From NCBI GenBank assembly GCA_040767085.1, contig JAXGPF010000004.1, forward strand, positions 128,001 through 192,000: a stretch of DNA of 64,000 bases. The letters run 5' to 3'. This document shows, piece after piece, positions 29,491-39,555 of this stretch (positions are counted from its first letter, which is position 1; each line of letters begins with the position of its first letter). This DNA is from Kiritimatiellia bacterium (GTDB taxonomy: Bacteria > Verrucomicrobiota > Kiritimatiellia > JAAZAB01). Made by a program: the position numbers and the translations under genes. The notes beneath the pieces were generated by a model. It worked only from the letters and a program-made list of their open reading frames with translations, did no database searches and was not told the origin of the DNA.

Positions 29491-29823
29491 ATGTTTTCGT
29501 ATGACAGGGATAGTTGCCACCGAAACCACCGCCGATATACGCTCTGCAGCTACCATTTCAACGAGGGTCACGAAGGGGGTTGGAAGAGATGCCCGAAATG
29601 CCGGAGCGAATTTGAACCCGAAATGGTCGCGTGGTATGGCACCAATGAATACAACTTTGAGAAGATGCCCGATCCTCCACCATACGATCCGACGAAATGC
29701 TCGCGCTGTGGTGTCATCATCAACCTCGGCCCCGATGGCTACACCAGATCAGGCGATGAGTATTGGTGCAAATCATGTGCAGCGGAAGAGAGGAAGAAAA
29801 ATATGCGTCGAACCAGTGTCTGA
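29491..29823 (+). pseudogene. Cys/His-rich conserved hypothetical protein, probably 5'-truncated cassette gene
   Basis: FSYDRDSCHRNHRRYTLCSYH...CPKC...WYGTNEYNFEK...CSRC...WCKSC; starts right after a broken attC and ends inside an attC. Confidence 0.55.
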
Positions 29824-29865
29824 ACGGTACGGCGGAAGCCGCCCCCCGTTAGGCGCACGTTGGTC
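29807..29865 (+). other. attC-like integron recombination site (59 bp)
   Basis: GTCGAAC ... CTGAACGG ... central GGCGGAAGCC hairpin ... CCGTTAG ... GTTGGTC; overlaps the stop codon of the preceding ORF. Confidence 0.7.
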
Positions 29866-30071
29866 CAGGACGTAAAGGTGGTAAAGGTGTCAGTCAAGGT
29901 GTCGGTTAAGAATTCTTGTAGTTTCCGCCCGGTCAACCAAGAAACATAAAAACACATTGCGTTTTAATCCAGGAATCGCCTATCATCCGGCATAGATTGA
30001 AATTCCGGCCGAGATTACCTTGGAGAATTTCCGAACCGACCTGCCACAAGAAGAGAGAAAGGGATATCGAC

Positions 30072-30422
30072 ATGAGTGGTTCTCGAAAACGGTTTATCGT
30101 GCCAGTCTCTGTAATTCTACTGGGCGTCACCTGGTTGCTGAACGTACTGAAGATCCTTCCAGGCGTGGACTGGATATGGACGGCAGGACTCGCTGCCGTA
30201 GGCATTCTGACCTTGGCGCTGGGTGGCATCAATAAACTGACCGCCGTGATCGGGCCATTCTTGATGGTCGCCTCGGTCTCCTCAATTCTCCGGCAGACAG
30301 GAAGACTGGAGATTGATCGGGAGGTCCCGATCTTGACCATCGTCCTGGGATGTCTTCTTCTACTCGTGCAGCTACTGAACATCCCATTGCCAGAATTGCT
30401 CAGGCCAGAAGATGAGAAATGA
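30072..30422 (+). CDS. Small multi-pass membrane protein (probable cassette gene)
   Basis: 116 aa with 4 hydrophobic segments; followed by a degenerate attC at about 30427-30486. Confidence 0.7.
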   Translation: MSGSRKRFIVPVSVILLGVTWLLNVLKILPGVDWIWTAGLAAVGILTLALGGINKLTAVIGPFLMVASVSSILRQTGRLEIDREVPILTIVLGCLLLLVQLLNIPLPELLRPEDEK

Positions 30423-30500
30423 TTCGGCAGAATACGGCGTCGCACGGTACGCTCGCAAACTCGTCCCCCATGAACGCATATTGGTTTTTAAGAGAAGACG

Positions 30501-30564
30501 GCACAACCAGCCGTCCCACCCTATCGCCGTGAAGCCAGGCTCAGGCTGAACGGCAACGTTGGTC
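30501..30564 (+). other. attC-like integron recombination site (64 bp)
   Basis: GCACAAC-CAGCCGT...ACGGCAAC-GTTGGTC; next ATG 11 nt later with GGAG. Confidence 0.72.
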
Positions 30565-30575
30565 CAGGAGAAGAC

Positions 30576-31304
30576 ATGACGAAGCATATTGGGATTGTCG
30601 CATGCAGCGCTGAAGGGGCCGCCTTGTGCTATCGGACTCTGTGCAAAGAAGCGCCCGCACTTATGGGCGAGCACATGCATCCTGAAGTCTCGATGCACAC
30701 CCATCCTCTTGGCGAATACATGGTTCATATCCGATCGGGCAACTGGCCCAAAGTGGCAGAACTGATACTGTCATCCGTGACCAAACTAGCGGAAATCGGC
30801 GCCAAGTTTGCCGTTTGTCCGGACAACACGATCCATCAGGCTTTTCACATCGTTGTGGCACAGTCGCCCATCCCCTGGCTCCACATTGCCGGGGCGGTCG
30901 CCGCCGAGGCAAGCGCCCGGAGGCTCAAGACGCTTGCCGTAACCGGAACGAAGTACCTGATGACGGGCCCCGTATATCCAGACACACTGGCCGAGTTCGG
31001 GCTGACCGTCCAGATCCCGGACGAACGTGACCGAGAACGGATTGATACCATCATTTTTAAGGAACTCGTCAACGGGCTGTTCACCGAGGAATCCCGGATG
31101 TACTTCAACACCGTCGTCCAGAGGATGAAGGATCGCGGATGCGATGCGGTAGTGTTGGGGTGCACGGAAATCCCACTACTCGTTGACCCGAACGACTGTC
31201 CATTGCCGATACTCGATTCGACCCGCCTTCTGGCTCGTGCCGCGCTGCGGGAAGCAATGAAAGAGGACCAACCATCTGGTTCAGGCGACGCTTTGCAGCG
31301 CTGA
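30576..31304 (+). CDS. Aspartate/glutamate racemase family protein (probable cassette gene)
   Basis: CPDNTIH and LGCTEIPLL...DST motifs. Confidence 0.9.
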   Translation: MTKHIGIVACSAEGAALCYRTLCKEAPALMGEHMHPEVSMHTHPLGEYMVHIRSGNWPKVAELILSSVTKLAEIGAKFAVCPDNTIHQAFHIVVAQSPIPWLHIAGAVAAEASARRLKTLAVTGTKYLMTGPVYPDTLAEFGLTVQIPDERDRERIDTIIFKELVNGLFTEESRMYFNTVVQRMKDRGCDAVVLGCTEIPLLVDPNDCPLPILDSTRLLARAALREAMKEDQPSGSGDALQR

Positions 31305-31589
31305 CCTTCCCCCTTGATCCATCCGCTAAGAGAGTCCAACAGAGAGCATCATAGACCCGTTTTTTCGGTTGTCCGCCCCTCTTTGTGCTTCCATACCGGC
31401 CCCTTGGGAGGGAGGGGGGATCGAACTATCGCCCTCAGGCTATCGGCGACCCGTGGTCGCGGCGCCGCGGGGCGCGCCCGCCGGGTGCTTCCTGCTTGAC
31501 TTTTGGCCAGCGTTGTTTTAAAAATTCCTGCATCAGTTTAACGTAAAGCGCGCCAGCAGGCGCGTCCACAACACCAGGGGTAAAAAGGC

Positions 31590-32219
31590 ATGAACAAGAT
31601 GCATCCATACAGCAACCGGTTGATAGCGCTGGCGCTCGCCGCCGGCATGGCCAGCCTGAGCGGTTGCGCGATGTTCCGCATGAAAGTCACCGACACGGAT
31701 GTGGAGGAAATGCCCACGCTGGACGCCCGCTACGGCGCCCAGGACCTGCGCAAGTTGAGCCAGGATGTGGCCGACGAACTGGCCGCCAGCCCGTTCATCC
31801 AGGAGCAGTCCGGCAATCCCGTCATGATCATTTACGGCATCCAGCCGCGCACCACCACCTTCGTGGACACCCAGGCGCTGACCGACCGGATTAAAACCAC
31901 GCTCCTGCGCAACTCGCGTGTGCAATTCGTCAACGAAGCCCGGCGCGACCAATTGCTCAAGGAACAGGGCTACCAGGCCGCGCAGGCCACCGACGAGTCC
32001 CGCGTCGCCATCGGCCGCCAGACCGGCGCGAAATACATGCTCACCGGCGCGCTGGTGGAGATGGAAAAACGCTCCGGCAAGCAGGTGCGGGTCTCCAAGA
32101 CCGAGTTGATGTATTACCAGTTGACGATCGACGTCACCGACCTGGAATCCGGCCTGATCGTCTGGTCTACCACCAAGGAATTCGCCCGCCAGGCGCGGAC
32201 ACCTTTGATTGGCTGGTGA
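31590..32219 (+). CDS. LpoB-like (penicillin-binding protein activator) lipoprotein
   Basis: Lipobox LSGC; IGRQTGAKYMLTG, YYQLT...DLESGLIVW. Confidence 0.78.
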   Translation: MNKMHPYSNRLIALALAAGMASLSGCAMFRMKVTDTDVEEMPTLDARYGAQDLRKLSQDVADELAASPFIQEQSGNPVMIIYGIQPRTTTFVDTQALTDRIKTTLLRNSRVQFVNEARRDQLLKEQGYQAAQATDESRVAIGRQTGAKYMLTGALVEMEKRSGKQVRVSKTELMYYQLTIDVTDLESGLIVWSTTKEFARQARTPLIGW

Positions 32220-32232
32220 AATTGGTGAACTT

Positions 32233-33372
32233 ATGAAGCAGTTCCGCCAGGCCCACGGCCGCGCCGCCCTGTCAGCCGCCGGCTGGTGTGGTCTGGCGCT
32301 GATCCTGCTGGCCGGCTGCAAAACGCCGCCCCTGCAACAGGCCCGCGCGGATTTTTATGCCGGCCAGCCGGAAACCGCGGAAGAGAAGCTGGCGGAAATC
32401 CCGGCGGAGAACAAGGACGAAGTGCTCTTCCTGATGGAACGCGGCATGATCCGTCACGTTCTGCGGAAGTACGACGACAGCGCCGACGACTGGCGGCGCG
32501 CCGCCGACTTGGAAGCCTGGCTGCAGACTTACAGTCTCAGCCAGGGCGCCGCCAGCCTGGTCAGCAACGATCGCGTGCTGGCTTTCCGCGGCGCGCCGTT
32601 CGAAATGGCATTGCTTTATTCGTTTCTTGCCAAGAACTACCTGGCGCAGCAGAATTGGGATTACGCCGCCATCTGCGCGCGCAATATCATCCAGCGCCTG
32701 GAAAACCGCGACGGCTTCCCGGACATCGCTTACAGCCGCTATATCGCCGGCCTCTGCCTGGACCTGATCAACGACACCGGCAATGCGGCCATCCAGTTCC
32801 GCGCCGCCAACGAACTCCTGGAAGATTTTAAACTTGATCCGGACAGCGGCCGCCTCATCGGCGATACCAACGCTCCCGCGCCGGCGGCCGCCGGCCCGGA
32901 ACTGCTGGTTTTTGTGGCGATGGGCCGCCTGCCGCCGGGCGATGATTCTGACGCGGAGGAAGGCGACCTCCCCCCCGCGGCGGAAATTTTTGCCAACGGC
33001 CAGCGCCTGGGCGAAGCCCGTGTTTTTAACAACACCGCCCGCCTGCTGTCAGATACCAAGGCGCGCCAGGCGGCCATTCAGATGGCCAAGGACGCGGCCC
33101 GCATCGCCGCGAAAGAAGCGATCGCCAGCACGCTGGAAAGCCAAAATGAGGGACTGGGCGACCTGGTGCGCTTTATCCTGTTTGCCATGGAAGCGCCGGA
33201 TAACCGGCGGTGGGAAACCCTGCCGCGCTGGCTGGCCGTCGCGCGCGTCCCCTGTCCCGCCGATTTGCAGGATTACACCGTGGTCTTCCACAACGGCGCC
33301 GCGGCGCGGACTATTTCCCAGCCGCTGGTCCGCCGGGGCAACCTCTGGATTTCTTTCTGCCGCGACCTCTAA
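32233..33372 (+). CDS. COG3014-like TPR lipoprotein
   Basis: Lipobox LAGC; LFLMERG, FRGAPFE, DNRRWETLP; adjacent to the LpoB-like gene. Confidence 0.7.
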   Translation: MKQFRQAHGRAALSAAGWCGLALILLAGCKTPPLQQARADFYAGQPETAEEKLAEIPAENKDEVLFLMERGMIRHVLRKYDDSADDWRRAADLEAWLQTYSLSQGAASLVSNDRVLAFRGAPFEMALLYSFLAKNYLAQQNWDYAAICARNIIQRLENRDGFPDIAYSRYIAGLCLDLINDTGNAAIQFRAANELLEDFKLDPDSGRLIGDTNAPAPAAAGPELLVFVAMGRLPPGDDSDAEEGDLPPAAEIFANGQRLGEARVFNNTARLLSDTKARQAAIQMAKDAARIAAKEAIASTLESQNEGLGDLVRFILFAMEAPDNRRWETLPRWLAVARVPCPADLQDYTVVFHNGAAARTISQPLVRRGNLWISFCRDL

Positions 33373-33411
33373 AGCTTAGCCGCGGCGGACGCGGCCGGCG
33401 GGCGCGCAACG

Positions 33412-34779
33412 CTACGGCATCTCCAGCGGGACCACTTCGAGGATTTCCGCGGCGGGGAAGGTTTTGAAAATTCCCGGCTCGATTTCAAGCTTAATGTCGC
33501 CGTTGCTGAAACGCTCCCGGATAATCCCCCGGAAGGTGAAAGCCGGCCCCTCCCCGGTGCGGATCATGTGGGTCGGCACAAATTCCACGGGCCGCAGGCG
33601 CATTTTTTCGTGAATGATTTCGGTCTGCCCGGCAGCAAGCATGCGGGTGTGGGTGACATCGTAATACCCCTGCCGGGTCAATTGGAGAGTCTGCCGGCCC
33701 GGCGGGATGAAATCCAGCGCCATCTGCTCGGAAATGCGTTCCGCGCCGCGGGCGGCGGTTACGCCGCGGTTTTCGCCGTTCAGAAACACCGTCACGCCCG
33801 GCGGCTCGGTGGAAACCAGCAGCGTGCCGCTGGCGCGTTCCAGTTTCAACTCCACCAACAGATCCCCGCCGAGCGGCAAAACATTGGTGGCAGACGCTGT
33901 CGCATATCCGCGCAATTCAGCCCGCAGCACGTATTGGCCGGGCGCCAAACCGTTGGTGGCAAACGGCGCATCCCCGCGGTATTGATTGTTCAGGAAAATC
34001 CGCGCGCCCGGCGGATCGGTATGCACCGCCAGGCTGCCGGGCAGCGGCGTCAGCGTGACGTTCACTTTATGCTCCACGCCGGGTTTGACGGTAAATTCCT
34101 CCCGATACGGATGATGCCCGGCCAGCGCCAGTTCCAGCACGTGCTGGCCGGCGGGCAGGCGCGGCTGCTTGAAAGGCGTCTGCCCCAAGTCGGCGCCGTT
34201 CAGCACTACCTGGGCGCCAACCGGCTTGGTTTCCACGCTTAAGCGTCCGGCGTCGGAATCCAAACGCGCCCGGACCAGCACCGGCGTGCGGTCCGGCACT
34301 TCCGCTTCGACCACCTTGGGCAGGTAGCCCGGGGCGCTGAACCGGAACTGGTGCCGCCCCAGGGGGAAGTTGGGCAACAGCAACGGCGTCTTGCCGTAAT
34401 GTACGCCGTTCATTTCCACATCCGCGCCCTCGGGTTGCGCCTGGACCAGCAGCAATCCCCGCAAGGGTTCCAGTTTCATCTCCACGGGAATGCGCTCGCC
34501 CGCGCGCGCATTGATCGTAATCCGCGCCTCTTCGTAACCCGGCTTCCGCGCGGCCAACAGGTGTTCGCCCGGCCGGACCTGCAAGGTCGCCGGAGCGGAC
34601 GCCAGCAAGGCGCCGTCCAGCGCCAGCGACGCGCCGGACGGATCGGACGTGACATAAATCTGGCAGGGACGCGCAACATCCTCCGGGCGCGTCGGGCGGC
34701 ACCCCGCCAGGATGCAGGACAGGCCGGCGAAGAGAATGAGCCGCGCCGCGGCCGCGGCGCCATGCATTAAAGGCTTCAT
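33412..34779 (-). CDS. PEGA-domain lipoprotein (about 5 repeats)
   Basis: Repeated S/T.P.GA.V..NG...G.TP units; lipobox LAGC. Confidence 0.88.
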   Translation of the reverse strand: MKPLMHGAAAAARLILFAGLSCILAGCRPTRPEDVARPCQIYVTSDPSGASLALDGALLASAPATLQVRPGEHLLAARKPGYEEARITINARAGERIPVEMKLEPLRGLLLVQAQPEGADVEMNGVHYGKTPLLLPNFPLGRHQFRFSAPGYLPKVVEAEVPDRTPVLVRARLDSDAGRLSVETKPVGAQVVLNGADLGQTPFKQPRLPAGQHVLELALAGHHPYREEFTVKPGVEHKVNVTLTPLPGSLAVHTDPPGARIFLNNQYRGDAPFATNGLAPGQYVLRAELRGYATASATNVLPLGGDLLVELKLERASGTLLVSTEPPGVTVFLNGENRGVTAARGAERISEQMALDFIPPGRQTLQLTRQGYYDVTHTRMLAAGQTEIIHEKMRLRPVEFVPTHMIRTGEGPAFTFRGIIRERFSNGDIKLEIEPGIFKTFPAAEILEVVPLEMP

Positions 34780-34789
34780 AAGCGGCTTT

Positions 34790-36085
34790 TCATTTCCGTT
34801 TCAAATTGCGTTCCACGTCAATCAGGCGGCGGCGCGCGCGCGCATGCCGTTCATCCGCGCGGTCGGGAATGCGGTCGCAGATCGTCCGCAACTGGTTGGC
34901 CGCCTCGGTCCAATCCTTCAGTTTCATCGCGCGTTCCGCCAGAAATTCATGATTTTTGATGACTTCATCCAGTTCCCGTTTCGCCGTCTCGAGCAAGGTA
35001 ACGGCATCCGCGTAAAAGTCCGGCTTCGGCTGGATGGTTTCCAGGTACCATTCCGTCTCCCGCAGCGCGCGGATGGCCAAGGCCAGGTTTTCATTTTTCA
35101 CCAGGCGCTGATCATACAGGCCGCGCCCCTGCAGGAAGGCCGACTGGGCCAGTTCCCGCAGTTTGTCGGGCGTCAGAGCCAGGGCCGCCAGGCCCAGTTC
35201 GTTCTGCCCGAATTCTTCCAGCAACTCGCGCAAGCGGCGGAAAGCGTCCGGCTCCAAAACATTCAAAACCCGGACGCGGCCCGTCCGCCGTCCGGCGGTG
35301 ATGCGCAGGTCCCACTGGTCCCAGACATTGGTGGCCAGGCCCCTGTACTCATGCTGCATCTCGAAAAAACCGGAACGCTGGATTTCTTCCGTCAGGCGCC
35401 GGACGACTTCCGCGTCGATTTTCTTGCGCTGGGTGCCCGGCACATGCCGGCTGTTTTCCAGGTCGTCAATCTGCACCGATAATTCCTGCCCGCGCAACTG
35501 CAGGGCGTAGCGGAAAATATTCCGCGGGCTGCCCTGCACTTTTTCATACTCGATTTCCAGGGCGCCGGTCGCGGCATCCGCCGGCGCGGGCGGCCCGCCG
35601 GAGGGCGGCGGACGCAAACCATTCCCTAAAATGGCGTAGACAACCCAGAGAACCGCGAACAGGATCAGCAGGCATGCCGCCAACGCGGCAATTTTACCGC
35701 GTCCCCGCGTTCCTGTTCCGCCCGACGGCGCGGCCGCCGGCACGGGGGCCGCAAAAAGGTTCTGCGGCGCTAGCTCCGCCGGCTGGTCATTGACCACCCG
35801 GATTTCCGTGGCGCCGATGGTCAGAATATCGCCTGTATGCAATCGGGCCACATGCAGCGGCTGTTGGTTGAGCAAAGTCTGGTTTGCGCTGCCCAGGTCT
35901 TCCGCCCACAACCCTTCGCCAGGCTTGAAAAAAAAGCGGCAATGGAACCGCGACATGGCGGGGTCTTGCAGGACAATGTCGTTGCTGGAAGAACGCCCCA
36001 GCCGCGCCGCGCCGTCAGCAACGACAAATTCCCGCCCGGCATCCGGCCCCGCGACAATCAACAAATTGGCTGCTGGCTTATCCAT
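34790..36085 (-). CDS. FHA-domain membrane protein
   Basis: LGRSSSNDI...MSRFH...DLGSANQT; one TM helix near residue 135. Confidence 0.88.
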   Translation of the reverse strand: MDKPAANLLIVAGPDAGREFVVADGAARLGRSSSNDIVLQDPAMSRFHCRFFFKPGEGLWAEDLGSANQTLLNQQPLHVARLHTGDILTIGATEIRVVNDQPAELAPQNLFAAPVPAAAPSGGTGTRGRGKIAALAACLLILFAVLWVVYAILGNGLRPPPSGGPPAPADAATGALEIEYEKVQGSPRNIFRYALQLRGQELSVQIDDLENSRHVPGTQRKKIDAEVVRRLTEEIQRSGFFEMQHEYRGLATNVWDQWDLRITAGRRTGRVRVLNVLEPDAFRRLRELLEEFGQNELGLAALALTPDKLRELAQSAFLQGRGLYDQRLVKNENLALAIRALRETEWYLETIQPKPDFYADAVTLLETAKRELDEVIKNHEFLAERAMKLKDWTEAANQLRTICDRIPDRADERHARARRRLIDVERNLKRK

Positions 36086-36115
36086 AACACCGAACGCTGC
36101 ACACTGAATCCGTGG

Positions 36116-36736
36116 TCATTCCGCCGGCAATTCCATGTCCGCCGGCGGCAGGCCGTCATCCGCGACGGGAAAATTGTCCGCGGCCAGCGGCAGTTCCGAC
36201 TGCCGGACCGCGTACGGGTTGTAAGCGCGGCGCGGCGCATTTTCGTCCGTCAGCGTCAGTTCGTAGCGCGCCGCCAGCCATTCCCATTCGCGGGGGGTAA
36301 ACCGGCAGATATCATCCAAACCGTTGAAGAGTTCCACCGGTTGCAACGTCGGAAAACGCCGCGCGCCGGGCGCCGCCGTCGCCACGCTGGCGGCCAGCGA
36401 TTCCGGCAGCACCCCGGGGCCGCCTACCAGCGCCACGCAGGCGCCATCCGGCAGCGACCGCAGGATTTCCTCGAATTCCACCCCGGCCAGCAAGCGCCAG
36501 GCGCCGGCCTCCCACTGAAAAACATCCGGCGCCGGCCGCCCCGGGTCAACGCGGTAAGCGAACAGGGAGGCGCCCCGCAAATGCTGCAAGTCGAACGCCG
36601 CCTGCAGCGCGCGCAGGCGCGCCGGCGCTATCAGTGTTAACGGCACGGAGCGGGGCGGTCGCGGCGCCATGGCTTGCGCCGGCCACACTCCGGCCAGACA
36701 TCCCGCCAACAACAATCCCAGACTGATTTTACGCAT
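36116..36736 (-). CDS. Secreted hypothetical protein
   Basis: Signal peptide ending AQA; AGGAG upstream; collinear with the FHA and PEGA genes. Confidence 0.65.
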   Translation of the reverse strand: MRKISLGLLLAGCLAGVWPAQAMAPRPPRSVPLTLIAPARLRALQAAFDLQHLRGASLFAYRVDPGRPAPDVFQWEAGAWRLLAGVEFEEILRSLPDGACVALVGGPGVLPESLAASVATAAPGARRFPTLQPVELFNGLDDICRFTPREWEWLAARYELTLTDENAPRRAYNPYAVRQSELPLAADNFPVADDGLPPADMELPAE

Positions 36737-36856
36737 GGCTGATCTCCTGTTGCAATGTACCTCGCCATCCCGGCGGGAGCGGACCGGATCACTGCAATCC
36801 CGACGGCGAGCGCGCCGTCTACTCCGCCGCGGTTTTTCCGGAAGCGCGAAGTAAAT

Positions 36857-38044
36857 TTAACAAATTTTCCCGCCAGGGTCAAGCGCGGCGCCAGCGGCCG
36901 CCGCCCGGTAGGCCGCCAGGGTGCGCCGCGCGGTTTCCTCCCAAGTGGCCTGACGCGCGCGCGTCAGGCCGCGCGCCGCCAGTTCCGCCGCCAGCGCCGG
37001 TTCGGTCAGCGGCCGCAGCAAGGCGCGCGCCAGTGCGGCGCCATCCCGGGGATCAACCAGCAAGGCGGCATCGCCGGCCACCTCCGGCAGCGACGCGCAA
37101 TTGGAACAGACAACCGGCGTACCGCAGGCCATGGCTTCCAGCACCGGCAGACCGAACCCCTCGTAAAGCGAAGGCAGCGCGAAAACATCCGCCTGGCGGT
37201 ATTCCGCCAGCAACTGCGCGTCGGTCAGGTAACCCAGCCACACCACCGCATCCGCCACCCCCATTTCCCGCGCCAGGCGCGGAGCTTCGGGATACCGCGG
37301 GTCCATCGCCCCGGCCAGCCTCAATTCCACGGGAAATGCCGCCCGGCGCCGCAATTCGGCAAAGGCCCGCAGCAAGCCTGTCAGGTTCTTGTAAGGATCG
37401 GGCCTGCCAACCCAGAAAATTTTTCTGGCCGCGCCGGGTGCCGGATGGGGGCGCGCCGGGTCCGGCGTGAACCGGGGCGACACTCCTTCGCCAATTACCG
37501 CCAAGGCCGGCGGCCGGCGCAGACCGCGCAACAAGCTGCGCAGAATATCGCGTCGGGACGATTCGCTGACGGTGATGATCAGGTCGGCGCGGCGCGCCAC
37601 TTCGCGCATCAAGCAGCGGTAAACGAAAAATAACCGGCGCTTGCGGGCCCGCGGGGCGTATTCCGGGAACAGCAGCGGAATCAGGTCGTGGAGCGTGATG
37701 ATGCCTTTGACCGGACCGGGGCGCCCGGACGGGAAGGCTCCCAGAGGAATCATGTAATTGGGCGAATGGAACACATCCAGCCGCAAGGCCTGCAGCCGGC
37801 GCGGCAGGTCCCATTGTCCACGCGGGGCGAATAGGCCATAGGGCAGCAGTTGCGTGGTAAAATTCGCCCGGCCGGCAAAACCGGTCTCCGCGGCCATGCG
37901 CTCCATCATGCCCGCATCCTGAAAAAACAGGATGTATTCATTGTCATGGTCCAGCCGGACAAACTGGCGCAGCAACTCGCGGGTATAGGCGCCGATACCT
38001 GAAAGCTCCGGGAAAATCCAGCGCGCGTCCAGGCCGATTTTCAT
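36857..38044 (-). CDS. Glycosyltransferase family 4
   Basis: [18 protein letters not shown]. Confidence 0.93.
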   Translation of the reverse strand: MKIGLDARWIFPELSGIGAYTRELLRQFVRLDHDNEYILFFQDAGMMERMAAETGFAGRANFTTQLLPYGLFAPRGQWDLPRRLQALRLDVFHSPNYMIPLGAFPSGRPGPVKGIITLHDLIPLLFPEYAPRARKRRLFFVYRCLMREVARRADLIITVSESSRRDILRSLLRGLRRPPALAVIGEGVSPRFTPDPARPHPAPGAARKIFWVGRPDPYKNLTGLLRAFAELRRRAAFPVELRLAGAMDPRYPEAPRLAREMGVADAVVWLGYLTDAQLLAEYRQADVFALPSLYEGFGLPVLEAMACGTPVVCSNCASLPEVAGDAALLVDPRDGAALARALLRPLTEPALAAELAARGLTRARQATWEETARRTLAAYRAAAAGAALDPGGKIC

Positions 38045-39156
38045 GGCGCCACCCCGCGGTAAACCGCCCAGGTGCGCCGGGCCGTCTCCCGCCAGCTATA
38101 TCGCGCCGCCTGCGCTTGCCCGCGCGCCACCCACTCCGCGCGCAAGGCCGGGGTGTCCAGCAACCGAGCCGCCGCCGCCGCCCATGCTTCCGCGTTGAAT
38201 TCCGGTATGATCCAGGCCCCGCCGCCCAGGATTTCCGGCAACGCCCCTCCGGCCGAGGCCAGGACCGGCGTGCCGCAGGCCATCGCTTCCAGCGGCGGGA
38301 ACCCGAAGCCCTCGTACAGCGAAGGAAACACCATCAACTCCGCGCCCGCATACAGCAGCGGCAATTCGCCATCCGCCGCGTCCGCCAGCCAGCGGATGCG
38401 CGCGGCGCGCGGCGAAGCGCGCATGCGGGCCAGGATCGCCTCGCACTTCCACCCCCGCCGCCCGGCAATCACCAGGTCGCCGTCAAAGCCGGCCAGCCGC
38501 TCAAACACCTCCAGCAGGAAGGCATAATGCTTGCGCGGCTCCAGCGTGCCGACCGACAGGACATAGGGCCGCGCCAGCCCGCGCCGGGCGCGCCAGGCGG
38601 CCAGGGCGGCAGCCGGCGGTGCGGCAAATTCGCCGCCGATGCCCAGCGGCACGGCGGCGACCCTGCCGCGGCTGGCCGGCAGCATTTCCTCCATTTCAGC
38701 GGCGCAGAACCCGGAATCGGTGATGATCGCATCGGCGCGCGCCACGGTCAGGTCCAGGCGCGCGCGCAGATAAGCCAGGTTGCGCGTTTCCGCGCAATCC
38801 GGGTGGCGCAGAAAACTCAGGTCGTGGATGGTAACCACCGCCCGGCCCCGCCGCAGGGGCGGGATGATGAAATTCGGAAAATGGTATACATCGGCCGGGC
38901 CGGCCAGGCTGTCGAATGGCGGCCACCCAAGCCGTTTCCATGCCTGTTGCACCAACTGGCCGGGCAACCAGCGCACGGCCCGGCGGCGGAGGCCCGGCGG
39001 CAGGTCCGCGCCGCCGCGGCGCCGGAAATCAAAATAAAAACCGCTGACTTCATCCGCGCCGCGCAGTTCGGCCAGATGGGCCGCCAGCATCCTGGTGTAG
39101 CGCCCGATGCCCGCCCGTTGGGCGATGGCGGATTGTATATCAATGCAGATATGCAC
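38041..39156 (-). CDS. Glycosyltransferase family 4
   Basis: [27 protein letters not shown]. Confidence 0.93.
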   Translation of the reverse strand: MHICIDIQSAIAQRAGIGRYTRMLAAHLAELRGADEVSGFYFDFRRRGGADLPPGLRRRAVRWLPGQLVQQAWKRLGWPPFDSLAGPADVYHFPNFIIPPLRRGRAVVTIHDLSFLRHPDCAETRNLAYLRARLDLTVARADAIITDSGFCAAEMEEMLPASRGRVAAVPLGIGGEFAAPPAAALAAWRARRGLARPYVLSVGTLEPRKHYAFLLEVFERLAGFDGDLVIAGRRGWKCEAILARMRASPRAARIRWLADAADGELPLLYAGAELMVFPSLYEGFGFPPLEAMACGTPVLASAGGALPEILGGGAWIIPEFNAEAWAAAAARLLDTPALRAEWVARGQAQAARYSWRETARRTWAVYRGVAP

Positions 39157-39201
39157 TCAATTTTCCATGTTGAACATACGGATGCATCCCGTTATAATCT
39201 C

Positions 39202-39420
39202 ATGCCAATGCACCGGAAAAAGCAATTTGAAAAATTCAGCGCTTCGGAGCTTTACTGCCCGCGTTGCGGCGGGCTGCGCCCCGTGCGCGAACGCCTGCTG
39301 CTGGTGCTGCCGCGGGCGGAAATCTTCGAATACCGCTGCGCCGTCTGTTCCACCTCGCTCGGTTCGCGGGAAGTTACCAGCGGCGCCGCGGCCGTCGCGC
39401 CGCCCTTCTCAGCAAGATAG
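39202..39420 (+). CDS. Small zinc-ribbon protein (72 aa)
   Basis: ASELYCPRC...VRERLLLVLP...YRCAVC; TATAAT just upstream; appears only as the tail of a spurious long ORF in the track. Confidence 0.7.
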   Translation: MPMHRKKQFEKFSASELYCPRCGGLRPVRERLLLVLPRAEIFEYRCAVCSTSLGSREVTSGAAAVAPPFSAR

Positions 39421-39555
39421 CAGCATCAGCAGCAGAATCATGACAACCGCCGCAGCCAATATCCATCCGGAACGGCGCGGCGGCAAATTGCCGCACTCCG
39501 GCGCTTCCCCGTCCGTATCGCGCCGGCGCATATAATCTCGGTCAGCCAGCCCCAT
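39409..39555 (-). CDS. 48-aa small membrane protein beginning MGLADRDYMR
   Basis: Hand translation MGLADRDYMRRRDTDGEAPECGNLPPRRSGWILAAAVVMILLLMLLSC; GGAG upstream; TTGACA-16-TAAACT at 39612-39585. Confidence 0.6.
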   Translation of the reverse strand: MGLADRDYMRRRDTDGEAPECGNLPPRRSGWILAAAVVMILLLMLLSC

